Shown here: piece by piece, positions 38,212 through 50,699 of the stretch
Layout of the letters: each line of letters opens with the position of its first letter
Position numbering within the stretch: position 1 is the first letter of the stretch
Assembly (NCBI RefSeq): GCF_006345805.1
Contig: NW_021833243.1
Location: 15,449-79,448, forward strand
DNA from: Octopus sinensis
Taxonomy: Eukaryota
Reading direction: 5' to 3'
DNA: 64,000 nucleotides
The notes under the pieces: model-generated
What the model saw: the letters and a program-made list of their open reading frames with translations, nothing else
Database searches by the model: none
What the model was told of the DNA's origin: nothing
Position numbers and translations under genes: made by a program

Positions 38212-38534
38212 TATTTTAAATTAGAGACAAAACCACTATTTAACAATTTAACTATTATAATTGTTAAATTTCTAAATTATATAAATTATTTTATGTATTG
38301 GCTTAAGTCTTTCTTTGTTTGATTTGCATAATAGTGGTTTTGTCTCTAATTTAAAATAATATAATATTTTACTATAAAATTGGATTCGATCCTAAATATG
38401 ATTTTTCCCTGTAAATTTGGATTTATTCCCTAATATTTATTATTATATATATATATATATATATTAGTTATGTGTGCATGAGTATGTACGTATCTATGTT
38501 ATATTCACACAAACACACACACACACACACACAT

Positions 38535-38684
38535 ATAGTAGAAGACACTTAACCCAAGGTGCCTCGCAGTGGGACTGAATCCGGAACCATGTGGTTGGTA
38601 AGCAATCTACTTACCACACAGCCACATATACACACACATACACACATATTATATATACTTATAACGAGAAATTTATATTATATG

Positions 38685-38738
<54 letters not shown>

Positions 38739-39070
38739 GCACAGTTAAGAAGTTTGCCTCCCAACCACGTGGTTCCAGGACCAGTGTCACTACGCAGAAC
38801 CTAAGACAATTGTCACCTACCATAGCCTCGGGACAAGCAATGCCACATGATTAAATTTGGTTGGCAGAAACTGTGTTTGTACCCAACTTCATCTTAATGA
38901 CCGCCATTGCTTTCTTTACTTTCCTGCAAATTAGAAGTTTAGCGAAAGAGAGCGATAGAATAAGTACCAGATTAATAAAAAAACTAAGTGCTGTGGTCAA
39001 TCTGTTCGAGTAAAATCTTTCATAACGATGCCCCAGTATGGCCAAAGTTCAATGACTGAAATATGTAAAA
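38535..39070. mobile_element. SINE fragments: family C (38535-38625 -, 38735-38880 +) and family D (38940-39070 +)
   Basis: Diagnostic family motifs as above. Confidence 0.65.
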
Positions 39071-39419
39071 TGTAAAAAATATTACTGACCGTCAAACTAA
39101 TACAGGGTGGGGCTGAGAGGACGGACGGTTTTGAAATGGCTATTGCTCCACACATAATAATCAGGGGTGTTGTACTCTGGGGAGTTAAGTGACCACATGT
39201 TACGGGTGGTGTGGTCGCAGAAATTGTCTGACAGCCATGAGTGGGTTTCCCTGGTTGTGTGACATGGTGCAGACTGCTGTTTTTTTCACCGACGGTGCCC
39301 AACTGATCCTACTATACTGTGTAGACGAGAAAATGTAAAAAAAGAAATTCTGCATGCGCAAAGCTAAAAATATAAAATGGCGACAATTTACCCACCGCAC
39401 ACCCCGCTGCTTGGAATTT

Positions 39420-39607
39420 TATTTTAATTCTCTCGCAGGAAGGCCTAGTTAACGAGTGTCCTGTCTTGCCTTCGAAACACGCTCGAGTTAACTAGCGACA
39501 GCTGATGACGGTGGATTTTTCCTCGTGTAGCATGTCCTGTACTTGTTTTCTTGTTATAAATTTTTGTTTTTTCGTTTCCACGTCTTATTGTGGTGTCCTG
39601 TACTCAC
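39420..39607 (+). mobile_element. Repeat terminus homologous to 17572-17800
   Basis: CAGGAAGGC...GCCTTCGAAACACGC...CAGCTGATGA...GTGGTGTCCTGTACTCA. Confidence 0.6.
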
Positions 39608-39695
39608 GTATATTTATTTATATATGCATGTATATATACATGTAGATGTAGGTACGTACATATATGTTTGTATGTATGCATATATTTTATATCAC

Positions 39696-39781
<86 letters not shown>

Positions 39782-40429
39782 ATAATATATATACATACAT
39801 AGAAATTAAATAATATATATATGCATGTGTATATATATATATTATATATATAATATATGTATTTATATATATACATATATATATATACACACACATATAT
39901 AAATATATATAAGTACTTATACGCATGTACACTTGTGTGTGTGCAGTGATGGATGTATGCATGCATATATGTATAAGTGTGTATGTGTGTACGTGCGCGT
40001 GTATACATTCTTGTACATGTGTATTTGCCCATGTGAATTTTGAAACTTGTGTCTGTCCGTCCGTGTGTGCTCTGCTTAATCTCCGACAACTCATCGCGTG
40101 ACACAGAATAACTATAAAGGACGGAAATTAGGACTTACTGGAAAAGAAACCACGTGCATTGAAATACTCATATCCTCACACTCATAATGTACACACATAC
40201 ACACACACACACACACACGCATGTATGCATACATACAAACATACATACAAACATACATTCAAACATACATACATACATACATACATACATATGTAAGTAC
40301 ATGCATAGGTATATATATATATGTATGTATATATATATATGCATATATATATATATATATATGTGTGGTGTGTGTGTGTGTGTGTGCATATTATGTGTGT
40401 ATATATATACACACGCACACATATGGTTA

Positions 40430-40726
40430 AGTCATGTGGCTTAGTGGATAGGGTATTCATCGTCAGGTTGTGAGTTCGAAAACCGGCAGGGCGTTGTGTC
40501 CTTGAGGAAGGCACTTTACTTTACATTTTCCAATACACTCAGCTGGCAAAACTGAATAGTACCTGTAATTCAAAGGACCAGCCTTGTTATATTCTGTATC
40601 ACGCTGAATTTACCTTTAAACTACGTTAAGGAGTGTTCGAGTGTCTGTGGAGTGCTCAGCCACTTGCACGTTAATATTACGAGCAGGCTGATCAACTGGT
40701 ATCCTGGTCTTCGTAACTGACAGAGT

Positions 40727-40730
<4 letters not shown>
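40430..40730 (+). mobile_element. SINE family B copy
   Basis: GGCTTAGTGGATAGG, GAGTTCGAAAACC, central domain and tail. Confidence 0.78.
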
Positions 40731-40772
<42 letters not shown>

Positions 40773-40794
40773 CATATATATATATGTATATATG

Positions 40795-40872
<78 letters not shown>

Positions 40873-40873
40873 C

Positions 40874-40904
<31 letters not shown>

Positions 40905-40987
40905 ATATATATACATACATATATAATATATATAATATATATATATACACACACATACACACACACACTACACACACACATACCACA

Positions 40988-41051
<64 letters not shown>

Positions 41052-41854
41052 CACACACATGCGGTCATATGTGTGCCTGAATATATGTCTGCGTATGTAC
41101 GTATATTCGTTATATATATTGATTGTTTCGTTGATTGAAATATAAAGATTATTAATGCGAAAAATTACTGAAAACTGAACATATAGAACATAAATTGTGA
41201 TAAACACATACATATTATATTCATATATCTTTCTCCGAGAACGAATTCGTTTTTCTAACCAACCTCACATTTAAAATTAAACAAACAGTATTTCTGTTAA
41301 CAGAAGATAACCAGATGCGGTTGTAAAGCAGTTATGCACACTATATCTATAGACTATATAGATAAATTAAAAAGAAAGAGAAAAAAAACAGGAATATACT
41401 AATGCAGTCGAAATATCTATAAATCATTTCTGTCTGTGAAATAATTTGCTGTAGCGCTCAAAAGTCTGAAATTTAATTTTAGTAAAGGTATCTAAAATTT
41501 ACGCAAAGTCGCGGCAGTTACGTCGTGGATTTCCAGTACAAGAAAGAATTATCATCAATGATTCTATCAATATTTCAACTGTGTTCGTACCTTTGTTTAT
41601 TCTCGTCTTTGGTATTTTTCTGTTTTTTAACAGTATACTTTTCATACGAGTCTTTCAATAACGAAATAGTTGGTCAAAATACCACAGACAAATTCATTGG
41701 TTTCGTGGTTCTATCAGTGTTACTGGAATAAATCGATTGATTTCGATCAACATACCATATTACAGTTATGAATAGATTAAAATATTATTATTATTATTAT
41801 TATTATTATCATTATTATTATCATTATTATTATTATTATTATTAGATATACATA

Positions 41855-42310
41855 GGCCGCGAACTGGTAGCATCGTTAGTACTCCGGACACTTTGCTTAG
41901 CGGTATTTCGTCCGTCTGCTTTCAAGTACCCCGACGTCGACTTCGCCTTTCATCCTTTTGGGGTCGATAAAGTAAGTAGCAGTTGAACACTGGGATCGAT
42001 GTAATTGATTTAACCCCTCACTCGAATTTGCTGACAATACGAAACCGTTATCAAGTGATTAGAATAGTAATAATGACGGCGGTGAGTTGGTAGAAGCGTT
42101 AGCACGTCGGGCGAAATGCGTAGCCGTATTTCGTCTGCCGTTACGTTCTGAGTTCAAATTCCGCTGAGGTCGACTTTGCCTTTCATCCTTTCGGGGTTGA
42201 TTAAGTAAGTACCAGTTACGCACTGGGGTCGATATAATCGACTTAATCCGTTTGTCTGTCCTTGTTTGTCCTCTCTGTGTTTAGCCCCTTGTGGGTAGTA
42301 AAGAAATAAG
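41855..42310 (+). mobile_element. Two SINE family A copies; the second (42078-42310) is full length with tail TTAGCCCCTTGTGGGTAGTAAAGAAATA
   Basis: Direct match to the family A consensus seen elsewhere in the window. Confidence 0.85.
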
Positions 42311-43589
42311 AATAGTAATTATGAAATTTTATGCCGAGTTGAAATATATTGGTTTCTGTTAGTTCTTGATTTCCGAAAAGTTGGGGTGATTACGGTTGGA
42401 AATCGTATGATGAATGCTCTTCTCGGTAATCGTTATTGTTGTCTTATTCCAACAATAACAAAAGTGGCAATAACAACGTAATTGTATTCTACTAGGTATT
42501 AATAATCAATGAAGAACAAGAATTTGTGTAAGTCCATATTCCATCTGTACGAAAAGAGGATTCTGGAATTTCTAGGCTGATCCTACGTTTGAGAAATAGA
42601 TAGTAAGATAGGTAGATAGACAGACAAATAACTAGATATTGATAGAGAGGGAGAGGGAGAGAGAAGGGAAAGAGAGAAAGGGCCAGCGAGAGAAAGGGCC
42701 AGCGAGAGAAAGGGACAGCGAGTGAGAGGGAAAGCGAAATTATTTTTATATAGGCTTTGTCTGTGAACCGTCGGAACAGTCTAACATCGTTTTAATCCTC
42801 ATGTTTTACAAACTCACCGAATCTTATGAGCTTCACTGAATATTATTTCTCGACAGACCAAGATCAGTTTCCTAAAACTCTGAATATTTGGCGCTAATAA
42901 TTAGATTAGTGTGCACTTAAAAACCTCGCCGTTAATGACACCTACCTACTGTCCTCAGTTGCTCTCATTGTCATGGGTAGATTATTTGTCTTCAGTTAGG
43001 AGTGTACGGCTATTAGTTTAACAGAAAAAGAAGACGTGATATATCTTCATCCATTTTTAATTCCACCGGTTGGGCATATTTTTCGACATAATGATCGATA
43101 ACCGCGAGCGATTGAACTGAAAGACGACAACTTATCCAAGATTCATACCACGTTTTTGAGCAGGAGTGGTGTAGTATACTTAATTATGCAGTACATGACC
43201 CCGCAGATCAAATATCTAATGAAGAGAATAAATCTTGTCATCTGTAAAACGCCCATAACTAAATTCCTGCTGTCTCTTACTCTTGATTGCTAAACACGTA
43301 AACATTATCACGCATGCGCATGCTACAAACTGTGAAAGTTGTTTCCATTCTATAGCTGGAAGCACACTAATCTTGATGCAAGTTAACTGGTGTGTTTGCC
43401 ATAGTTCGCTATGACACTGCTTTTCTGTTAGCCATTAGAATTAACTCTACGTTTAAATAAACATTATCTGTATCTATGAAATATATAATAAGCTTTTCCA
43501 CGTGATTTCGGGTTCGATTTCGCAGTGCAGTACCATGGCTAAATTTCTTCTACCGTTGCCTGAAAAGACAAAAAAAACTCCAGCAAAAA

Positions 43590-43800
43590 CTGCGTTGTAC
43601 ATCGGTTTAATAGAAAGCTCATTTAAGAGACGTCTACCTCAACACATGTGCTCTTTCATACGTTGTCATAATGAAAACGCTACATCACTTTGAAACACAT
43701 CTTGGTAAAGAAAAGTAGATTCCGCCAGCCTTGCATGGTCTACTTTGGACAGAGTGACGTCGTACACAAATGGTCCAAAACGGCGCTATTTATGGTTCAG
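43590..43800 (+). pseudogene. PLE GIY-YIG remnant
   Basis: LYIGLIESSFKRRLPQHMCSF..ENATSL, then WSTLDRVTSYTNGPKR in another frame. Confidence 0.6.
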
Positions 43801-44196
43801 TAGGAACTATATAAGAAAACCCACATAGACAGAGCAATGGTGAGGTCACATACGACGTGCCATCTCACGTATTTTGTGCTTCAAGAGCTAGTCCACAGCA
43901 CCGAAAATTACAGAGTCAAATTTACAGAGTCAAAAGCATTAATGTCCTGAAGTTACAAGACAATATATACATATATATGAATGTATATGTATATATATAT
44001 ATGTATGTGTATCATGCAGATCTGCAACAAAAGTAGTCAACTGAGAGGTCATGGACGGAAAGTCAGAAATGACTTTGAAAAGAAGGAAGCACAAGGGGAC
44101 GGTGATCATATCTGAAGAAGGAGCAACCACCATATGCATATGTGTAAACGTACACGTATATACACATATACATACGGTCATCTGTCTATCTATTTA

Positions 44197-44255
<59 letters not shown>

Positions 44256-44310
44256 CCGTATACATACATACATAATACATACATACACATACATACATAC
44301 ATATATATAT

Positions 44311-44363
<53 letters not shown>

Positions 44364-44377
44364 TATATAATACATAT

Positions 44378-44540
44378 ACGATGGGCTTCTTTCAGTCTCA
44401 ATCTACCAAATCCCCTCACAAGGCTTTTGTCGGCCCGAGGCTATAGTAGAAGACACTTGCCCAAAGTGCCACGCAGTGGGACTGAACCCGGAACCATGAG
44501 GTTGGTAAGCAAGCTACTTACCACACACCCACTCCTGCGC
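44378..44540 (-). mobile_element. SINE family C copy (resembles octopus OR-type)
   Basis: Reverse complement of GGCGCAGGAGTGG.TGTGTGGTAAGTAGCTTGCTTACCAACC..GGTTCCGGGTTCAGTCCCACTGCGTGGCAC.TTGGGCAAGTGTC. Confidence 0.85.
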
Positions 44541-44829
44541 CTATATATGTGTGTGTGTGTGTGTGTGTAGAATACACACACCTACACGCGCGTAAACACA
44601 CCTACACGCGCGTAAACACACACACACACACACACACACACAACTACAGATAAACAAAACAGAATCATAAAAATAGATGCACTGCCCTTCATTGTCGCTC
44701 TGAGTTTCCCTTGAAGGAAGTAAGGGCAAGCCAAGAAATAGTGGTTCTCATTGACAGAAAAGAAACCTTACCTTCGAATAAGTATACACGTCCATGTTGA
44801 CACAGAGACAAATTCAGAAGGGTGAAAGT

Positions 44830-44865
<36 letters not shown>

Positions 44866-45411
44866 GAGAGACAAAAGGAAAGGGAGGGTAGAGAAGGGAT
44901 GAGAGAATGGAGGAAGCGTTGAAGAAATAATGATGCGACTTAGTTTGTGTAAACAGTTATTAGTTATAAAATACAGAATGAAATTACTTTACAACGTTCG
45001 AGATAATTAAATTACTGCTCTTTGGTCATGTGATGTGTCACGTGTTAAAACTGATTTAAAATTTTCCTGGATCCAGACATGCAACATTCTCATCTGTTCA
45101 ATTGCTAGGAAAATAATAATTAATGGGTTCATTGGGAAACACACAGTCAACACACATAATACATACGCATAAACATGCACGTACACACATACGTGCATAC
45201 CTTACAAACGCCCCCCCCCCCATACACACAGAAACACACGTGCGCGTTTTCGTTAAACTTTATCAGCTATGGCTCTGTGGTTAAGAAGCTCGCTTCTTCA
45301 AGCGCTTAGTTTCGTGTTCAAACCCACAGCATAAAACCTTTACCAAGTATTTTCTACTATTGACTTTAGCTGCCATATACTTCAGGAATATATAGAAACT
45401 GGAAAAGCACG

Positions 45412-45491
<80 letters not shown>

Positions 45492-46190
45492 GTGGCTATG
45501 GCGAAAGAATGTATCTGGTGGACGCGTCTGAAAGGATTGGAGACAAACACTTTCCTCTCTGGTCAATCTCTCATCAACTTCTTCAAGTACTACTTGAAAA
45601 GGAAAGTGAGAGTAGAAAGGCAAGTTTTGTCTAGCGAATGTTTTAAAAAAAGATGGGTGAATGTAGCAAGGATGGCATGTATGAATGACGAAGCCACCTT
45701 GAGCATAATCCTATGAACCCAGAAATTGAAAACAGCGGGTTACCCACTTGCAAACAAATGTGGTAACATATAACAATATTGACCAAGGTTACCATGGTCT
45801 TTTTCGTAGGCTTTTCTTCCCACGGATAAACCTTACTTGCTTTCCCCTTTACACCATATATCATAACACTGATACACGATCCCTATTGATCGTTCTTTTT
45901 TTCCCTCTTCCCCTTTTTTCTCCTTTTTTCTTCTTTTTTCATTTCTCTCTTCCTTTGTTCCTTTTCCTTTTCTTTTTCTTTTTTTATTCTTTTTCTTTTT
46001 TATTTTTTAAATTTTTTTTTGTTTTTTGTTCTTTTCTTCCCTTTTACGATCCCTCTTGATCGAAAACCTACGCCACCCCCTTTTTTTTTTTTTTCTTTTG
46101 TTTTTTGTTTTTTTCATCCCCCAAAAGAAAAGCTCTACCCTGTAACTTGTCCCATCTGTGTGCAGCCCTGTGTGGCCAATAAAGAAACTT
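45492..46190 (+). mobile_element. 5'-truncated Tx1-clade LINE (ORF2 C-terminus 45492-45716 plus 3' UTR) embedded in (ATCT)n
   Basis: AMAKECIWWTRLKG..LINFFKYYLKRKVRVER, homologous to the ORF2 ends at 4831-5016 and 52046-52321. Ends in GTGGCCAATAAAGAAAC. Confidence 0.85.
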
Positions 46191-46255
46191 ATCTATCTAT
46201 CTATCTGTATGTATGTATATATGTCTGTCTGTCTATCTGTTTATCTATCTATCTT

Positions 46256-46314
<59 letters not shown>

Positions 46315-47236
46315 GTCTATCTATCTGACTATGTATCCATCCATCCACATCCATCCCTCCCTCCCTCCCTACTTACCTACCTACCTACCTACCTACCTAC
46401 CTACCTACCTACCTACCTACCTACCTACCTACCTACCTATGTATATAATACATGATTGATCAGTAGCCACTAAACCATTTTCTATTTTCTCTCTCTGTTT
46501 ATTTCTGTTTAAGAGCGTAAGTTCGAAACGTAAAAGACTTTCTCACTTCCCGAGCGTTAAACTAATACATCATCTTTTTGTTGTTTACACACCCGTCTTC
46601 GTAGTTTTCTTCTTAAATTTTTTATTTTGTAAATTCCAACTATATAATGCTCTACAAATCCACATTCGGAGGAAAATATCTCAAAAAATATTCTCTACGT
46701 AAGATAGGGTATGGTGTCAGAAGATGGAAAGCTTCAATCAACCATTATTTTCTCTGCAATTAGCGCAGAAAAACTTTCCCCGGAGAAAGTTTAAAGTCTT
46801 TAAAAAACATGCAACTAGGATAAATCTAATGTCTATTGATTGAATCTTTTGGACAATATTTGTGTGTGTGTGTGTGTATTTGTGTGTGTGTGTATTTGTG
46901 TGTGTGTATGTGTGTGTTTGCATGTGTGTGTATGAAAGCATGTAATACGTAAGTATGTATATGCGTATACATGCATGTATGCATATATGTCTGTATGAGA
47001 GTGCGTGTTTGTATGTACGTGCATGTGTAAGTATGTATGGAAGGATGTATGTATTGTGTGTGTATGTATGTGTGTATGTGTGGATACATGCATGTTTATA
47101 TGCAAGCATACGCGCACATGATTTTGCGGAGAGGTGCAAATTAGGAAATTTAGCTAAAAGCGAATTGATTTATAACACATGTATATGAATGCAATTAAAT
47201 TGGAAAATGGTGATGATGATAATAATAATAATAATG

Positions 47237-47288
<52 letters not shown>

Positions 47289-47293
47289 TAATA

Positions 47294-47347
<54 letters not shown>

Positions 47348-47369
47348 TAATAATAATGATCTTTGTACT

Positions 47370-47560
47370 GGAAGCACAAGGCCTCAAATTTGGGGAAGGG
47401 ATCAAGTCGACTACACCGACTTCAGTGCGTAACTAGTACTAATTTTATCGACCCTTAAAGGATGATAGGCAAAGTCGACCTCGGTGGAATTTGAACTCAG
47501 AACGTAGCGAAATACCGGTAAGCATTTCGCCCACCGTGCTAACGGTTCAGCCAGCTCACC
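47370..47560 (-). mobile_element. SINE family A copy between (AAT)n arrays
   Basis: Family A motifs on the reverse complement. Confidence 0.8.
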
Positions 47561-47579
47561 CCCCTTAATAATAATAATA

Positions 47580-47645
<66 letters not shown>

Positions 47646-47646
<1 letters not shown>

Positions 47647-48328
47647 TGAAAAGAAATATTACAAGTAACTGCAGAATATGTGGAGATGGACAAGAAACAA
47701 TAAATCATATTATCTCAGCTGCCCAGTCCTGGCTAAGAAGGAATATATTCACAGACATGACAGAGTTGGAACCTACATACATTGGAAGCTATGCCAACAT
47801 TATGGATAACAACAGAAAAAAGATGGTATAGGCACACACCAGAAAAGGTCACAGAAAACGAGAAAGCACACCATACTCTGGATATGCGATACACACAGAT
47901 AAAGAAATTAAGGCCAACAGACCAGATATAGTTGTCAGAGATCATGAAGGAAAAAAATGCTTTCTAATTGATGTATCAATACCGGCAGATGACAACGTCT
48001 CTCTAAAAGAAATGGAGAAACTCTCAAAATACAAAGACCTGGAATAGAGGTAACTAGAATGTGGAACCTGAAAACAGAAACAATTCCTATCATAGTAGGT
48101 TCATTAGGCATGATAAAAAAATATTCAGACAAATACATAACAAAAACACCAGGACTTACAAAACATATAACATACAGAAAATTGCACTAGTAGGCACTGC
48201 ACACATCCTACGCAGAACACTTTCCATACAATAACCATCAGAGCATCACGACAAATCACAGCACATACCCAAGGCACACAGAGCTGCGCTCGGTAGTGAA
48301 GTGAAAGCACGCTATAAAAATAAAACTA

Positions 48329-48331
<3 letters not shown>
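47646..48331 (+). mobile_element. R4/Dong-clade LINE 3' end (CCHC plus restriction-like endonuclease), 5'-truncated, frameshifted
   Basis: CRICGDGQETINHIIS..C..LAKKEYIHRHD..IHW, then TD.EIKANRPDIVVRD..LIDVSIP..KE.EKLSKYKDL; (AAT)n on both sides. Confidence 0.88.
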
Positions 48332-48426
<95 letters not shown>

Positions 48427-48444
48427 TAATAATAATTATGGAAT

Positions 48445-48985
48445 AACATTATGGAATAACAACAGAAAAAGATGGTATTGGCACACACCAGAAAAGGTAA
48501 CAGAAAACGAGAAAGCAACCATACCCTGGGATATGCCAATACACACAGATAGAGAAATTAAGGCCAACAGACCAGATATAGTTGTCAGAGATCATGAAGA
48601 AAAAAAATGTTTTCTAATTGATGTATCAATACCAGCGGATGACAACGTGGCTCTAAAAGAAATGGAGAAACTTTCAAAATACAAAGACCTGGAAATAGAG
48701 GTAACCAGAATGTGGAATCTAAAAACAGAAGCAATTCCTATCATAATAGATGCATTAGGCATGATAAAAAAATATTCAGACAAATACATAACAAAAACAC
48801 CAGGACTTACAAACACATAATCACATACAGAAAATTGCACTAGTAGGCACTGCACACATCCTACGCAGAACACTTTCCATACAGTAACCACAAGAACATC
48901 ACAACAAATCACAGCACATACCCAAGGCACACAGAGCTGCGCTCGGTAGTGAAGTGGAAGCAAGATATAAAAAAATATACTACTG
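48445..48985 (+). mobile_element. Second tandem R4/Dong-clade 3' end, same family as 47646-48331
   Basis: WDMPIHTDREIKANRPDIVVRDHEEKKCFLIDVSIPADDNVALKEMEKLSKYKDLEIEVTRMWNLK; near-identical 3' UTR ending CTACTG(AAT)n. Confidence 0.9.
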
Positions 48986-49011
48986 AATAATAATAATAAT
49001 AAAAATATTAC

Positions 49012-49064
<53 letters not shown>

Positions 49065-49067
<3 letters not shown>

Positions 49068-50235
49068 GATTTCAAATTTTGCCACAACGGCAGCAAATTT
49101 GGGGAAGGAGATGAGTCGATAACATCGACCCCCAGTGTTCAACTGGCACTTCCTCGAAAGGAGGAAAGGTAAAGTCGAACTCGGCGGAATTTGAACTCAG
49201 AACGTAGCGAAATACCGCTAAGCATTTTGTGCGGCTCGCTAACGATTATCCAGCTCGCCGATGGGTTCAAATTTTGCATCAAGAGCATCAATTTTGGAGG
49301 AGGAGATAGTAAATTACAGAGCCCCAGTACTCGACTGGAACTTGTTTTATCGAAACCCAAAAGGATAAAAGGCAAAATCGATACCGGCGTAATTTGAACT
49401 CAGAACGTAGCGGCAGACGAAATACAGCTAAGCATTTCGTCCGGCGTGCTAACGATGCTGCCAGCTCACCGCCTTGATAATATAATAATAATCCTTTCTA
49501 CTATAGGCGCAAAGCCTGAAATTTGGCGGATAATCGATTACATCGACCCCAGTGTTTCACTGGTACTTAATTTATCAGTCCCGAAAGGATGAAAGACAAA
49601 GTCGACCTCGGCGGAATTTGAACTCAGAACGTAATGGCAGACGATATACCAATTTCTTTACTACCCACAAGGGGCTAAACACAGATGGGACAAACAAGGA
49701 CAGACAGACGGATTAAGTCGATTATATCGACTCCAGTGCGTAACTGGTACTTAATTTAATCAACTCCTAAATGATGAAAGGCAAAGTCGGAATTTGAACT
49801 CAGAACATAGCGACAGGCGAAATAGCGCTAAGCATTTCGTCCGTCGATCTAAGGATTCTTAGAGATATTCCTGTATGAGGTCCTCCTCATACATCTCCAT
49901 CATGCTCTCCGCCAACATTTTTTTTAAACATGCTATGTATGTTTCCCCTCCTTTTCAGTGTATTTTTGTTAATCATTTCATTATCTGCAACCCCACCCAA
50001 CACTTTATGCCTGTCTTTGTATTGTCCACCTCATCCTTCACCCTTGTGGCGAGCTGGCAGAAACGTTTGCGGCGTTTTCGTCCATCTTCATATTCTGAGT
50101 TCAAATTCCACCGAAGTCGACTTTGTCTTTCATCCTTCGGGGTCGATCAAATAAGTATCACTCGAGTACTGGAGTTAATGTAATCGACGAGACCCCTCCC
50201 CCAAAATTTCATGCCTTGTGCCTGGAATATTATTA

Positions 50236-50304
<69 letters not shown>

Positions 50305-50670
50305 CATTATTATTTAGGCGTGAGTTCACAGAATCGTTAGCACGCCGGATAATGTGCCAGAGACTTTGCCCTTCATTCTTTCGGGATCGATGTAATAAGT
50401 GCCAGTTGAATTCTGGTGTCGATTTAATGAACTAGACCCTTCCTCCAAAATTTCAGGTCTCCTACTATAGTACAAATTATTTTTATTGCGACGAGCTGGC
50501 AGAATTGTTAGCAGAATTGTTAGCACACGAAATGCTTAGCAGTATTTCGTCCCTCTTCACATTATGAGTTCAAATCCCACCGAGGTCAACTGTGTCTTTC
50601 TACCTTTCGGTAGATAAAATTGACTAGTCCCTCCCTCCTGAATTTGAGGCCTTGTGACTATAGTAGAAAG
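49065..50670. mobile_element. Dense cluster of about seven SINE family A copies (four on - at 49065-49860, three on + at 50045-50670)
   Basis: Repeated GAATTTGAACTCAGAACG and GTTCTGAGTTCAAATTC cores. Confidence 0.85.
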
Positions 50671-50699
50671 GCAGAATTTTCGAAAGAAAAAAAAAAAAA

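Noticed and set aside
39100-39300. TACAGGGTGG.. as a Tc1/mariner terminal inverted repeat; similarly CCCCTCGACTTACGACC near 30030
   Set aside because: No matching second end was found in the window.
42664-42725. Short tandem duplications (AGAGAAAGGGCCAGCG x3; also 44577-44618 and 43904-43936)
   Set aside because: Ordinary slippage duplications with no further structure.
49065-50670. Regularly recurring about 50-nt motif as a CRISPR-like array
   Set aside because: The repeats are SINE cores, the intervening DNA is homologous SINE sequence rather than unique spacers, and the context is eukaryotic.
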